A stretch of 55,676 nt of DNA from an uncultured Bacillota bacterium (GCA_947053645.1 CAMRTM010000004.1:1-55676), one strand, 5' to 3'. Positions 39,406 to 48,498 are shown, counted from the first letter of the stretch. Numbers and translations are program-made. The notes: generated from the letters alone by a model not told the origin.

Positions 39406-39732
39406 ATGGAAAAGACAATAATTTTTAATAAAAAAGAATATAAAGATTACAGGGATATGTATGCCGACATCTATGAAAAGTTTGATGGAAAAGAGAATTA
39501 TGATTTTGATTTTTGTAAAACTCCTTTAGGCTATAGTGCAGATACTTTAAACGAATTCTTATGGTACTATCACAACGATAATTTACACATCATTCTTTTA
39601 AATTTTGATAGAGTAGAACTTGCTACTCCTAAAACTTATGATGATTATAAGTATAACTTAATCCTAGATGTATTTGAAGACTTCGTTAAAGAATACCATA
39701 ACAATACACTAGAATATAGGAATGAAGAATAA
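39406..39732 (+). CDS. Barstar-like immunity protein, paralog 3
   Basis: Same shared motifs; residues ~20-48 divergent. Confidence 0.65.
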   Translation: MEKTIIFNKKEYKDYRDMYADIYEKFDGKENYDFDFCKTPLGYSADTLNEFLWYYHNDNLHIILLNFDRVELATPKTYDDYKYNLILDVFEDFVKEYHNNTLEYRNEE

Positions 39733-39759
39733 AAAAGCGGACTATTTGTCCGTTTTTTT
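39730..39759 (+). repeat. Right copy of the duplicated terminator
   Basis: TAAAAAAGCGGACT-AT-TTGTCCGTTTTTTT. Confidence 0.8.
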
Positions 39760-40001
39760 TAATCCTTTTGATTTTTTCTTGCTGAGCGGGCTGGGTTTAA
39801 TTCTATAATTCCGCGTGAGATTATCGCAGAAAGAATTAGCCAAAGCATACTTACAAGGACAAGTACATAAATTACGATTGCACCTGCATTAAATCCGCCA
39901 AAGATTGCTTCTACTAAGTTCCATTGGAAGATACCAACAAGTCCCCAGTTAAGACCACCGATAGCCAAGATAATGAATGCAATTATATTTGCTATTGCCA
40001 T
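39759..40001 (-). CDS. DUF378 (YuzA-like) membrane protein
   Basis: IGGLNWGLVGIF..NLV..IFG motif. Confidence 0.88.
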   Translation of the reverse strand: MAIANIIAFIILAIGGLNWGLVGIFQWNLVEAIFGGFNAGAIVIYVLVLVSMLWLILSAIISRGIIELNPARSARKNQKD

Positions 40002-40056
40002 TTTTCACCTACCTTTCATTAGGTATTATGGCTAGGTTTTGCTTTATTATACAAAC

Positions 40057-41448
40057 CTATTTTTTAATTATCTCATATCCTTCTTTACTGTCTTTGATAA
40101 GATAGCCTTCTTCTTCCAGTTTAACGCGATATTCATCTGCTTTAGCATAATCTCTATTTTGCTTTGCTTTCCAACGCACCTCTGCCATAGTTTTGATGTC
40201 CGCTGGAATTTCTTCTTTCTTTGCAGAAACGCCACTATTAAAGTTCAAGCCCATGATATCAATAAGCACGCGATTTATCACATAGCGTAACTGTGGCAGG
40301 TTTTCAAGTGGAAGTTTAATAAGTTTCAATACTTCGGCAACAAGCACAGGTGTATTGAAATCGTCATCCATTGCTTTTAGGCAATTTCCATATATTTCTT
40401 TAATCTGTCCTGTGGGCTCTTTTTCATCAACTTGCCCTACTTTATTTACAAATTCGATTATCTTTTCAAGTTGTTTTTTAGCGAGGAGCATGCCTTGTTC
40501 ATTAAAGTCCACCATACTCCTATAGTGGAATTGCAGGATAAAATATCTTACAACCTCCGCACCATAACTATCAAAAAGTGAGTCAAGGGTCATAGAATTG
40601 CCTAGCGACTTTCCCATTTTCTTGCCATTTACAGTGACAAGATTGTTATGCATGAAATAATTCATAGGAACATTGCCGGTCAAAATATCGCCTTGGGCAC
40701 ACTCGCACTCATGATGAGGAAAGAGGTTATCAATTCCGCCGCCATGTATATCAAAGCGTTCGCCTAAGAATTTACGAGAAAGCACTGAACATTCAATATG
40801 CCAACCCGGGCAGCCCATTCCCCATGGACTTGACCATTTCATTAGAGTTTTATCATCCACCGCCTTCCACAGTGCAAAGTCCTCAGCATGATGTTTATCG
40901 TTGGCGATTTCAATACGCTCGCCACTTACATTATCATCAAGTTTTCTATTCGACAACTGACCATACTTCAGGTACTTATGAACATCAAAGTAAACATTCC
41001 CCTCTTCTGTCACATAGCCATAACCGTTATCAATTATCTCTTGTACAGCGTCTATGATTTCTATGATAAAACCAGTGGCTCTTGGACTTATACTTGGACG
41101 CAGTATATTAAGAGCGTCCATCGCTTTAAAATATTCGCACTCATATTTATATGCGATTTCATATGGGTCAAGTCTTTCAAGTTTAGCCTGTTTTGAAATC
41201 TTATCTTCGCCGTCATCGCCATCTCCAACAAGATGTCCAACATCTGTGATATTTTGAACATATTTCACTTTATATCCTAAAAACTTTAGATATCTATGTA
41301 CAATATCAAAGGAAATATAACTTTTTGCATGTCCTAGATGCGGAGCCCCATATACAGTAGGTCCACATACATACATTCCCACCCGACCGTCAACTAATGG
41401 TTTAAATTCTTCCTTTCTTCGAGTTATTGTATTATATATTCTTAACAT
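40057..41448 (-). CDS. cysS: Cysteine--tRNA ligase
   Basis: YVCGPTVY..HLGH, PGWHIECS, DIHGGG and KMGKS motifs. Confidence 0.97.
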   Translation of the reverse strand: MLRIYNTITRRKEEFKPLVDGRVGMYVCGPTVYGAPHLGHAKSYISFDIVHRYLKFLGYKVKYVQNITDVGHLVGDGDDGEDKISKQAKLERLDPYEIAYKYECEYFKAMDALNILRPSISPRATGFIIEIIDAVQEIIDNGYGYVTEEGNVYFDVHKYLKYGQLSNRKLDDNVSGERIEIANDKHHAEDFALWKAVDDKTLMKWSSPWGMGCPGWHIECSVLSRKFLGERFDIHGGGIDNLFPHHECECAQGDILTGNVPMNYFMHNNLVTVNGKKMGKSLGNSMTLDSLFDSYGAEVVRYFILQFHYRSMVDFNEQGMLLAKKQLEKIIEFVNKVGQVDEKEPTGQIKEIYGNCLKAMDDDFNTPVLVAEVLKLIKLPLENLPQLRYVINRVLIDIMGLNFNSGVSAKKEEIPADIKTMAEVRWKAKQNRDYAKADEYRVKLEEEGYLIKDSKEGYEIIKK

Positions 41449-41465
41449 TAAAAACCTCTTAAATA

Positions 41466-41849
41466 TTATATTCTTTTATTCAAAAAGTTGGTGAGTACCT
41501 CGAGCGCCCTATCAACCTCTGGGTTTGAACCGCCAAGACTCTTTTCCACCTCTCTTTCGCAGGACGCAAGTTCTGCCTTTCCCTTTTCGGTAAGATGAAG
41601 CACCCTACATCGCCTATCTATCTCGGCATGTCCAATTGTAATAAGCCCCTCTTTTTCAAGTTCACTGCTCATTAAAGCAAAATTGGACTTTTTGATTCCA
41701 ATTTTTTCTATTATCATTGATACAGAAAGATTTTCATATACACTAGCGAAAAATAAAATTTTCAGTTTAAGTAAACTGAGATTTTTATGCTGTTTCATTA
41801 AGTTTTCGGCTAGTGCCTCCAGTTCAAATAATTTTCTTGCTCTTTCCAT
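41466..41849 (-). CDS. MarR family transcriptional regulator
   Basis: LEKEGLI.....DRR...L.LTEKG wing motif. Confidence 0.8.
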   Translation of the reverse strand: MERARKLFELEALAENLMKQHKNLSLLKLKILFFASVYENLSVSMIIEKIGIKKSNFALMSSELEKEGLITIGHAEIDRRCRVLHLTEKGKAELASCEREVEKSLGGSNPEVDRALEVLTNFLNKRI

Positions 41850-41944
41850 ATTTTTTCTCTTGCTTAATTTAGTATACTTTAAAAATATTTTTGTTGCAAG
41901 CGTTTTTACTTGATTTTGGTACCTAAAAATATTAAAATGTTTTT

Positions 41945-44170
41945 ATGCGAATTGAAGGCGTGATTGAAGATATAATCTTTCGTAACGAACAAAATGGATA
42001 TTGCGTTATTATTGTCGATCAAAACGGGACATATAATACCTGTGTTGGAAAGATGGTTTCTACAAATATTGGCGAAAATATTGCTATGGAGGGCGAATTT
42101 ACAAACAGTAAATACGGTCTTCAGTTTTCCTTTTCCTCCTATGAAATTATCATGCCTACAACATTAAAAGGAATTGAACAATATCTTTGCAGTGGGCTTA
42201 TCAAGGGTGTTGGGCCAGTCACGGCGAAGAATATTGTTGCCCATTTTAAAGAGGAAACTTTTGATATTATTGAAATGTCCCCCACTTCCTTAGCAGAAGT
42301 GAAAAACATTAGTCTTAAGAAAGCTCTTGACATTGGTGAAAAATTTAAAGAACTTAAAAAATTGCAAAACTCAGTAATGTTTTTGCAAAAATATAACATC
42401 TCGACTAATATGGCACTTAAAATATATGAAATATATGGGGAAAGAACTATTGACACTGTTAAGAATAATCCATATAGACTTGTGGAAGATATTTCTGGTG
42501 TAGGATTTTTAACTGCTGACCGCATTGCAAAAAATATCGGTATTCCGCACAATAGCGAATTCCGTGTTAGAGCTGGCTTACTTCACTGTCTTATGACTGC
42601 GGTAGAGCGTACGGGAAACACCTTTCTTCCAAAGCAGATGCTGTTAACAAATGCGGTGGCTACACTTGATTTAAGTTATGAAGCGAACGAGGCTCTTTTT
42701 TCTTCTGCACTTGATAGCCTAGTTTTAGATAAAACTTGTAAAATTATGTGGCATAACAATATGGAAATTGTTATGCAAGCACAATACTATTTTTATGAAT
42801 ATAGTGTCGCACAAAAATTAAGTCTATTAAACCGCTCTGTTATCACTAAAAAAATGGACTTGACTGATGAAATTACCCATTTCGAAGAAATTAATCATAT
42901 TTCTTTCCATGAAGAACAAAAAAATGCGATTAAAAACTCTATCAATAGCGGCGTTTCTGTTATCACAGGTGGCCCCGGTACTGGAAAAACAACTATCGTG
43001 AAATGTATAATTGACATATTAACCCAAAATAACCAACGGTTTATGCTGTTGGCTCCAACTGGGCGTGCATCCAAACGACTTTCAGATAGTACTGGTTGCG
43101 AAGCGAAAACCATTCATAGAGCCCTTGAAGTGGCACAAGGCAATACCTCTCGGTTTGTGCATAATGAAAACAATCCTTTTGAAACTGACGCTGTAATTGT
43201 GGATGAGGTTTCTATGGTGGATGTTGCACTTATGAATCATCTTTGTAAAGCATTGCCCCGTGACTGCAAACTTATACTTGTTGGAGATAAGGATCAACTT
43301 CCAAGTGTGGGGGCCGGAAATGTACTTGATGATATTCTTAATAGTGGCAAAATAACTGTATCCATGCTTACAAAAATTTTTAGGCAGGATGAAAATAGTC
43401 TAATCATAACAAATGCCCACCTTATAAACTCTGGCAAAATGCCTCTTATAGACAATACTTCAAAAGATTTTTTCTTTGAAGAAAGATTAGACTTAAATTC
43501 AATAAAGGATTCAATAATTGATATGGTGACAAGACGCCTTCCTTCATTTACCAGTCTTGACAGTACACAAATTCAGATTTTAGCACCGCTTAAAGCGGGT
43601 GTATGCGGTATTGATAATCTTAATCGTACCTTACAGGAAAAATTGAATCCCCCTTCCCTCCATAAACAAGAAATTGTGGTGGGAGAAACTATCTATCGTG
43701 AAGGCGATAAAGTGATGCAAACAGCCAATAACTACAACCTTATTTGGAAAAGACTTAACGGCTTTTTAGAAGAGGAAGGCGAAGGTGTATATAATGGTGA
43801 TATTGGTTTTATTGAAAGCATAGACTTTCAAACAAACGAAGTTTTGGTACTATTTGAAGACGGCAGAAAATGCGTATACCCACGAACTGAGATAAGTCAA
43901 CTTTCTCTTGCATATGCCATTACCATTCACAAAAGTCAGGGAAGTGAATTTGATATTGTCGTGATGCCCGTGATTGCTGGAGCAAGTATGATACTTACAC
44001 GCAATCTAATCTATACCGCCGTTACTCGTGCAAAAAAAATGGTGGTGCTTGTAGGTGAAAAGAAAAATCTTAAACGCATGGTATCAAACAATTATACTAC
44101 CCAGCGGTTCACTCTCTTAAAGGATTTACTTATATCATCAGACGAAAAAATAAAGGAACTTTTTAATTAA
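41945..44170 (+). CDS. recD2: RecD2-type ATP-dependent helicase
   Basis: HhH repeats, GGPGTGKT, APTGRA, DEVSM, GDKDQLPSVG, TIHKSQGSE, YTAVTRA. Confidence 0.95.
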   Translation: MRIEGVIEDIIFRNEQNGYCVIIVDQNGTYNTCVGKMVSTNIGENIAMEGEFTNSKYGLQFSFSSYEIIMPTTLKGIEQYLCSGLIKGVGPVTAKNIVAHFKEETFDIIEMSPTSLAEVKNISLKKALDIGEKFKELKKLQNSVMFLQKYNISTNMALKIYEIYGERTIDTVKNNPYRLVEDISGVGFLTADRIAKNIGIPHNSEFRVRAGLLHCLMTAVERTGNTFLPKQMLLTNAVATLDLSYEANEALFSSALDSLVLDKTCKIMWHNNMEIVMQAQYYFYEYSVAQKLSLLNRSVITKKMDLTDEITHFEEINHISFHEEQKNAIKNSINSGVSVITGGPGTGKTTIVKCIIDILTQNNQRFMLLAPTGRASKRLSDSTGCEAKTIHRALEVAQGNTSRFVHNENNPFETDAVIVDEVSMVDVALMNHLCKALPRDCKLILVGDKDQLPSVGAGNVLDDILNSGKITVSMLTKIFRQDENSLIITNAHLINSGKMPLIDNTSKDFFFEERLDLNSIKDSIIDMVTRRLPSFTSLDSTQIQILAPLKAGVCGIDNLNRTLQEKLNPPSLHKQEIVVGETIYREGDKVMQTANNYNLIWKRLNGFLEEEGEGVYNGDIGFIESIDFQTNEVLVLFEDGRKCVYPRTEISQLSLAYAITIHKSQGSEFDIVVMPVIAGASMILTRNLIYTAVTRAKKMVVLVGEKKNLKRMVSNNYTTQRFTLLKDLLISSDEKIKELFN

Positions 44171-44174
44171 TTAT

Positions 44175-44909
44175 ATGAAATTTACTGATTTTTTAAAGAA
44201 AACTAAAGACTTTTCACTTAATATACTTTTTCCAGAGAAAATAAAGTGTATATTTTGTGGTTGCGATATAGACAATTTTGAAAAAAGACCATATTGTGAC
44301 GAATGTGCAAAACAGGACTTTTTCAATACTGGCAATAGATGCATGGTCTGCGATGTCAAGATAAAGGAACATAATATCATTTGTGATTTTTGCGGTCATA
44401 AGAAAAAGAAATTTGAAAAAGCATTTTGTCCACTTCTTTACAAAGATCTTGCGAAAAATAGTCTACTGCGTTTAAAAAGCGATAATGCAAGATACCTTGC
44501 CTATCCTTTTGCAAAAATAGTTTATGAGCGTATAAGAGAAGAGAACTTAGATATTGACATAATCATCCCAATTCCTATGCACGAAAAGTCACGGAAAAGA
44601 AGGGGTTACAATCAAGCCGAACTTCTAGGAAATGAACTTGCAAAACTTATGGACTGCGAATGCAGGAATAATGTTGTAGTAAAGGAAACACAAACCAAAG
44701 ATCAAAAAACTTTAACCTATCGCGAGAGATTAAAAAATGTTTCAAATTGCTTTAAACTTAAAGACAAAGATGCAATTAAAAACAAAAATGTCCTTATTAT
44801 TGATGATATAATGACCACTGGTTCTACTATAAATGAGGTGGCTGTCACCATGATGCCCTACGCTACACATATTTATGCGGCAGCGGTCGCAAGAGATATG
44901 GTAGAATAA
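44175..44909 (+). CDS. comF: ComF family protein (zinc ribbon + PRT domain)
   Basis: CxxC pairs, RGYNQA and IIDDIMTTGST. Confidence 0.9.
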   Translation: MKFTDFLKKTKDFSLNILFPEKIKCIFCGCDIDNFEKRPYCDECAKQDFFNTGNRCMVCDVKIKEHNIICDFCGHKKKKFEKAFCPLLYKDLAKNSLLRLKSDNARYLAYPFAKIVYERIREENLDIDIIIPIPMHEKSRKRRGYNQAELLGNELAKLMDCECRNNVVVKETQTKDQKTLTYRERLKNVSNCFKLKDKDAIKNKNVLIIDDIMTTGSTINEVAVTMMPYATHIYAAAVARDMVE

Positions 44910-44933
44910 AATTAAAATTATTTCAAAAAACAC

Positions 44934-44962
44934 TTGACAGCAATCTTTATTTTTCGTATAAT
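44934..44962 (+). promoter_or_regulatory. Sigma-A promoter of tRNA-Glu
   Basis: TTGACA-N17-TATAAT. Confidence 0.8.
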
Positions 44963-44996
44963 GGCTAAGTATCAAAAAATCCCTCTTTTGATATAT

Positions 44997-45071
44997 GGCC
45001 TCTTGGTCAATCGGTTAAGACATCGCCCTTTCACGGCGGAGTGAGGGGTTCGACTCCCCTAGAGGCTACCA
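44997..45071 (+). tRNA. tRNA-Glu(TTC)
   Basis: GGCCTCT/AGAGGCT acceptor stem, anticodon loop CTTTCAC, GGTTCGACTCC T-arm, encoded CCA. Confidence 0.95.
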
Positions 45072-45581
45072 AGCAAAATAGCATGCGTAAGCATGTTTTT
45101 TTTGTTGCATAAGAGTTGTGCCTTTGGCGATTTTTAATTTATAGGTCTGCTCTTCTATTCCGTCTTGCCATGTGATCTTGATTTCAATATCTTTATTTAT
45201 ATCTTTTATGAGTGGATATACAACCACCTCGCCTATTTTTTGACCATTTACCTCTCTATAAAAATCCCCTGATGATATTGTTTTCCCCTGATATGAAAGC
45301 GTACCTGTTTCATACTCTTTCACTTTTACGGGTGCGGTAAACTTAATTCCTACGCGGTTACCACTCTCTTCCCAGCCCTTAGCAATATCTTCTTTATAAT
45401 ATTGAATTTGCTCATTTTCGCCACCTATTGTAATGATCCCTAGGTCTAGATCGTAATCAAAAGAGATACTTCCACCCACATTTTCACTATCGCGATTAAC
45501 TTCGGCATATGGCAACTTTTCACTACATCCTATTAAAAGAATAGGAAAGAAGATAAATATAACAATAAGTAGTTTCCTCAT
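45066..45581 (-). CDS. Hypothetical lipoprotein
   Basis: Lipobox LIGC; stop codon overlaps the tRNA 3' end. Confidence 0.65.
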   Translation of the reverse strand: MRKLLIVIFIFFPILLIGCSEKLPYAEVNRDSENVGGSISFDYDLDLGIITIGGENEQIQYYKEDIAKGWEESGNRVGIKFTAPVKVKEYETGTLSYQGKTISSGDFYREVNGQKIGEVVVYPLIKDINKDIEIKITWQDGIEEQTYKLKIAKGTTLMQQKKHAYACYFAW

Positions 45582-45597
45582 TAATTAACTCCCTATG

Positions 45598-47043
45598 TTA
45601 TTTATTTGCACTTTTATCATTTTTATTTTCTCGATTTAACATTAATTGTATCTTAAGTACATCACTGCGTTTTACCGAGTAATGCGAAAATAATATAATC
45701 GAACAAGCAAGTGCGATAGAACAACCACAAAACACTATTATTCCAAGTCCATTCTGCACCGACATGGCTTGCACAGGCTGAGAAGAATCAAATTTTATAA
45801 GGTCTAATAAAAATCCCATTATTAGAAGTGCAATTGAATTTGCAAGATTATAGGTAAAGGTATAAAAGCCGGAATACGCCCCCGCATTATTTTTGCCGGT
45901 CTTAAATATCTCGAGCGTGACAACATCGGCATACATTGACATAGGAAGGCTATACATAGCCCCTGCACCCATACCACAGAAGATAATACAAGGAATTACC
46001 AGATAGAACATTTTGGCTGGAGAAATAAATGTCCTAAAAAGGAAGGTCAATGCCGTCAGTGCAATACCAAACACAATCAGAGATAATGAGATTATAAGTG
46101 CTTTTTTCTTGTCAAGCCTTTTAGACACCTTTAGCCAAAGCGGTTGCGAAATTATTGCACCGCCAAAAAGTGCAATCAGTAAAATAGATATCTGTGCACT
46201 TGAAAAGTGATAGCAGTATGTGAATAGATGCATCCCTACCCCTGTCAAGAAGGCGGATGCAATTAATGCCATAGAATAACCTAAAATTACCGCCCTAAAA
46301 TCCCTCTTTTTAAGTACCTCCAAGTAGCCAGAAAGAAGTTTGCCTAAACTAAATTTTTCTTTTTTAAAGGAAAGTAAATAAACATTATTTTTCTTTTGCA
46401 CCTGCTTTAAGCATCCCCAGACCACAATACTGCTGCAAATTAAAACTAGAGCGGAATTTATATAAGCAATATTTATATAACCTTCTTGACTAAATTCTGT
46501 CTGAATACCAATAGAAATTGATGGCATGAAGAGATAAACAAATATGCTTGGTAATATCATGCCAATTATATTAAAAATCGTTTTGTAACTTTGCACCTTA
46601 TTTTGTTCGTTATAATCGGGAGCAAGGTCAATACCAAGTGCTGAATATGGGGTGCCAAAAAAAGTGTTCGCACTCTCAATTGCAAGCATTGAAAGAAGAA
46701 GCCATACAAATTTACCACCTTCGCTTAATGATGCTGGCATTGTCCAAATAAGAATGTTTAAAAGTGCTATTGCAAAACTTCCAAAAAACATATAGCCAAG
46801 GCGTCGGCCAAAAAATTTGTTTTTGGTGTTGTCAGACAAATATCCTACAAGAGGATCGCTGACACCATCCCATAAAGATGCCATTGCCACCGCAATGCCA
46901 ACTAAAGTACCTGAAATTCCCATTATGCTCGTGCCAAAAAACATAATAAAATTGGATAAGGTATTTCCCATACATCCGTACCCTAAACAACCCGCTCCGT
47001 AACATAATTTTGTATAAAATGGTAGCCTGTCTTTATTCTTCAC
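45598..47043 (-). CDS. MFS transporter, glycoside-pentoside-hexuronide (MelB-like) family
   Basis: WDGVSDPLVGYLSD.T...FGRR, TPYSAL, about 12 TM segments. Confidence 0.88.
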   Translation of the reverse strand: MKNKDRLPFYTKLCYGAGCLGYGCMGNTLSNFIMFFGTSIMGISGTLVGIAVAMASLWDGVSDPLVGYLSDNTKNKFFGRRLGYMFFGSFAIALLNILIWTMPASLSEGGKFVWLLLSMLAIESANTFFGTPYSALGIDLAPDYNEQNKVQSYKTIFNIIGMILPSIFVYLFMPSISIGIQTEFSQEGYINIAYINSALVLICSSIVVWGCLKQVQKKNNVYLLSFKKEKFSLGKLLSGYLEVLKKRDFRAVILGYSMALIASAFLTGVGMHLFTYCYHFSSAQISILLIALFGGAIISQPLWLKVSKRLDKKKALIISLSLIVFGIALTALTFLFRTFISPAKMFYLVIPCIIFCGMGAGAMYSLPMSMYADVVTLEIFKTGKNNAGAYSGFYTFTYNLANSIALLIMGFLLDLIKFDSSQPVQAMSVQNGLGIIVFCGCSIALACSIILFSHYSVKRSDVLKIQLMLNRENKNDKSANK

Positions 47044-47093
47044 TATTTTAACTTATGCGTGAGAAAGAAAGACTATGAAAAAAAGAAGAGGCT

Positions 47094-47825
47094 TTACTCC
47101 TCCTCTTGCTTATCTTCAACAGTGATTGGTTTTGGATGCAACAATCTATCTGCTATTTCAAAACGGCTTTCTTGGTAGTAAACAAGTTCCTTACAATAAT
47201 GATCAATCGCATCCATAACTATCTTGTTGTCCTTTTCGTACTTCTCATCCTTTGGAAGGTGGAGTGTAAAACCACTGCGTTTTACTTTTTTATTTGTTTC
47301 AACATCTTTATAAATAGCAGTTTCATACATTAATGCACAATTATATCCATTTCCACAAATCACCTTATATCTCTTTCCTGTTACGACAACTTCCATCTTA
47401 GGAACAGTTTGTCTTACTACGGAAACGAGGTCTATTGTAAAAGCATTTGAAAAAGCATTGCTTATTGCATTCGCAATCTGGGTTGGGAAATCTTTTGGTG
47501 CTTCGGTGCCCTCACATTTTCCTAATTGGAATTTTTGACTAGGACGCTTATATCCACCTGTCAAAGCACTTATCTTCCTAACTTTGAAAAAGGATTGCCC
47601 TTCCTCATACTGTTTGCTTATTACAATTCCCGCCTTAGAAAGCATATCACTTTTCACATCATATATAATTTCACGACCATTAAAATCTCTCTCATATTTT
47701 ATTCTATGATAAGGCATATTTTTATTTAATTTTTCTATAATCTTATTATGATCCTTTCCTATAAAAAAATAGTGTGCTTTTTTAAAATTTTCCGCTTGTA
47801 TTTTTTCGTTTTCTATCATACCCAC
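47094..47825 (-). CDS. Hypothetical protein, possibly CYTH-fold
   Basis: IIYDVKSDMLSKAGIVI resembles the CYTH 'YyDt...L...g..lR' segment. Confidence 0.4.
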   Translation of the reverse strand: MGMIENEKIQAENFKKAHYFFIGKDHNKIIEKLNKNMPYHRIKYERDFNGREIIYDVKSDMLSKAGIVISKQYEEGQSFFKVRKISALTGGYKRPSQKFQLGKCEGTEAPKDFPTQIANAISNAFSNAFTIDLVSVVRQTVPKMEVVVTGKRYKVICGNGYNCALMYETAIYKDVETNKKVKRSGFTLHLPKDEKYEKDNKIVMDAIDHYCKELVYYQESRFEIADRLLHPKPITVEDKQEEE

Positions 47826-47916
47826 CTCTATTTAAGTTTAGTTTACATAAGTTTATCAAAAAAAGCAAATGTTTAACTATCTTTTTTTATGTCAAACATT
47901 CATATAAGGAGGAATT

Positions 47917-48498
47917 ATGGATTTTAATAAAAGTAAAACTAAAGAAAGTTTAGCGCGAGCATTTGCGGCAGAATGTCAAGATGGAGCAAGATATCAATTT
48001 ATGGCTAAAGCAGCAATGAGCGAAGGCTTTTCCTTTATTTCTGACCAATTAAAGGTACTTGCAAAAAATGAAATGGCTCATGCATCAAGGTTATATACTC
48101 TAATGCTTGAAAATTGCAAAGGTAAGGAAGATAATGTGCCAATAGAAGCTGGTTATCCTTTTGAACCACCCGCCCTTAATCAAAGTTTGCACACTGCCGC
48201 TGAAATAGAAGAATATGAAGCAAAAAATATATATCCTCATTTCGCCAAGGTGGCAAAGGACGAGGGTTTCCCTGAAATTGCAAAAGCTTTCTTGCTTATG
48301 GCGGAAATTGAAAACACACACTTTTTAAAACTTCAAAGTCTTGCAAATTTATATAGAGCAAACAAACTATATAGAAGCACTGAAAAAACCAAATGGACTT
48401 GTTCAAATTGCGGGCATGAAGAAGAGAAAAAAGAGGCATGGAAGGAGTGTCCTTTCTGTGGCTACCCACAAGGTTATGTGATGATAAAGTATTATTAG
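47917..48498 (+). CDS. rbr: Rubrerythrin
   Basis: AFAAE, NEMAH, EIENTH and the C-terminal CSNCG...CPFC rubredoxin-like domain. Confidence 0.9.
   Translation: MDFNKSKTKESLARAFAAECQDGARYQFMAKAAMSEGFSFISDQLKVLAKNEMAHASRLYTLMLENCKGKEDNVPIEAGYPFEPPALNQSLHTAAEIEEYEAKNIYPHFAKVAKDEGFPEIAKAFLLMAEIENTHFLKLQSLANLYRANKLYRSTEKTKWTCSNCGHEEEKKEAWKECPFCGYPQGYVMIKYY

Noticed and set aside
45066-45110. Lipoprotein gene overlapping the tRNA-Glu 3' end as an integration scar
   Set aside because: No second copy of the tRNA 3' end was noticed; simple read-through across a shared terminator explains the overlap.
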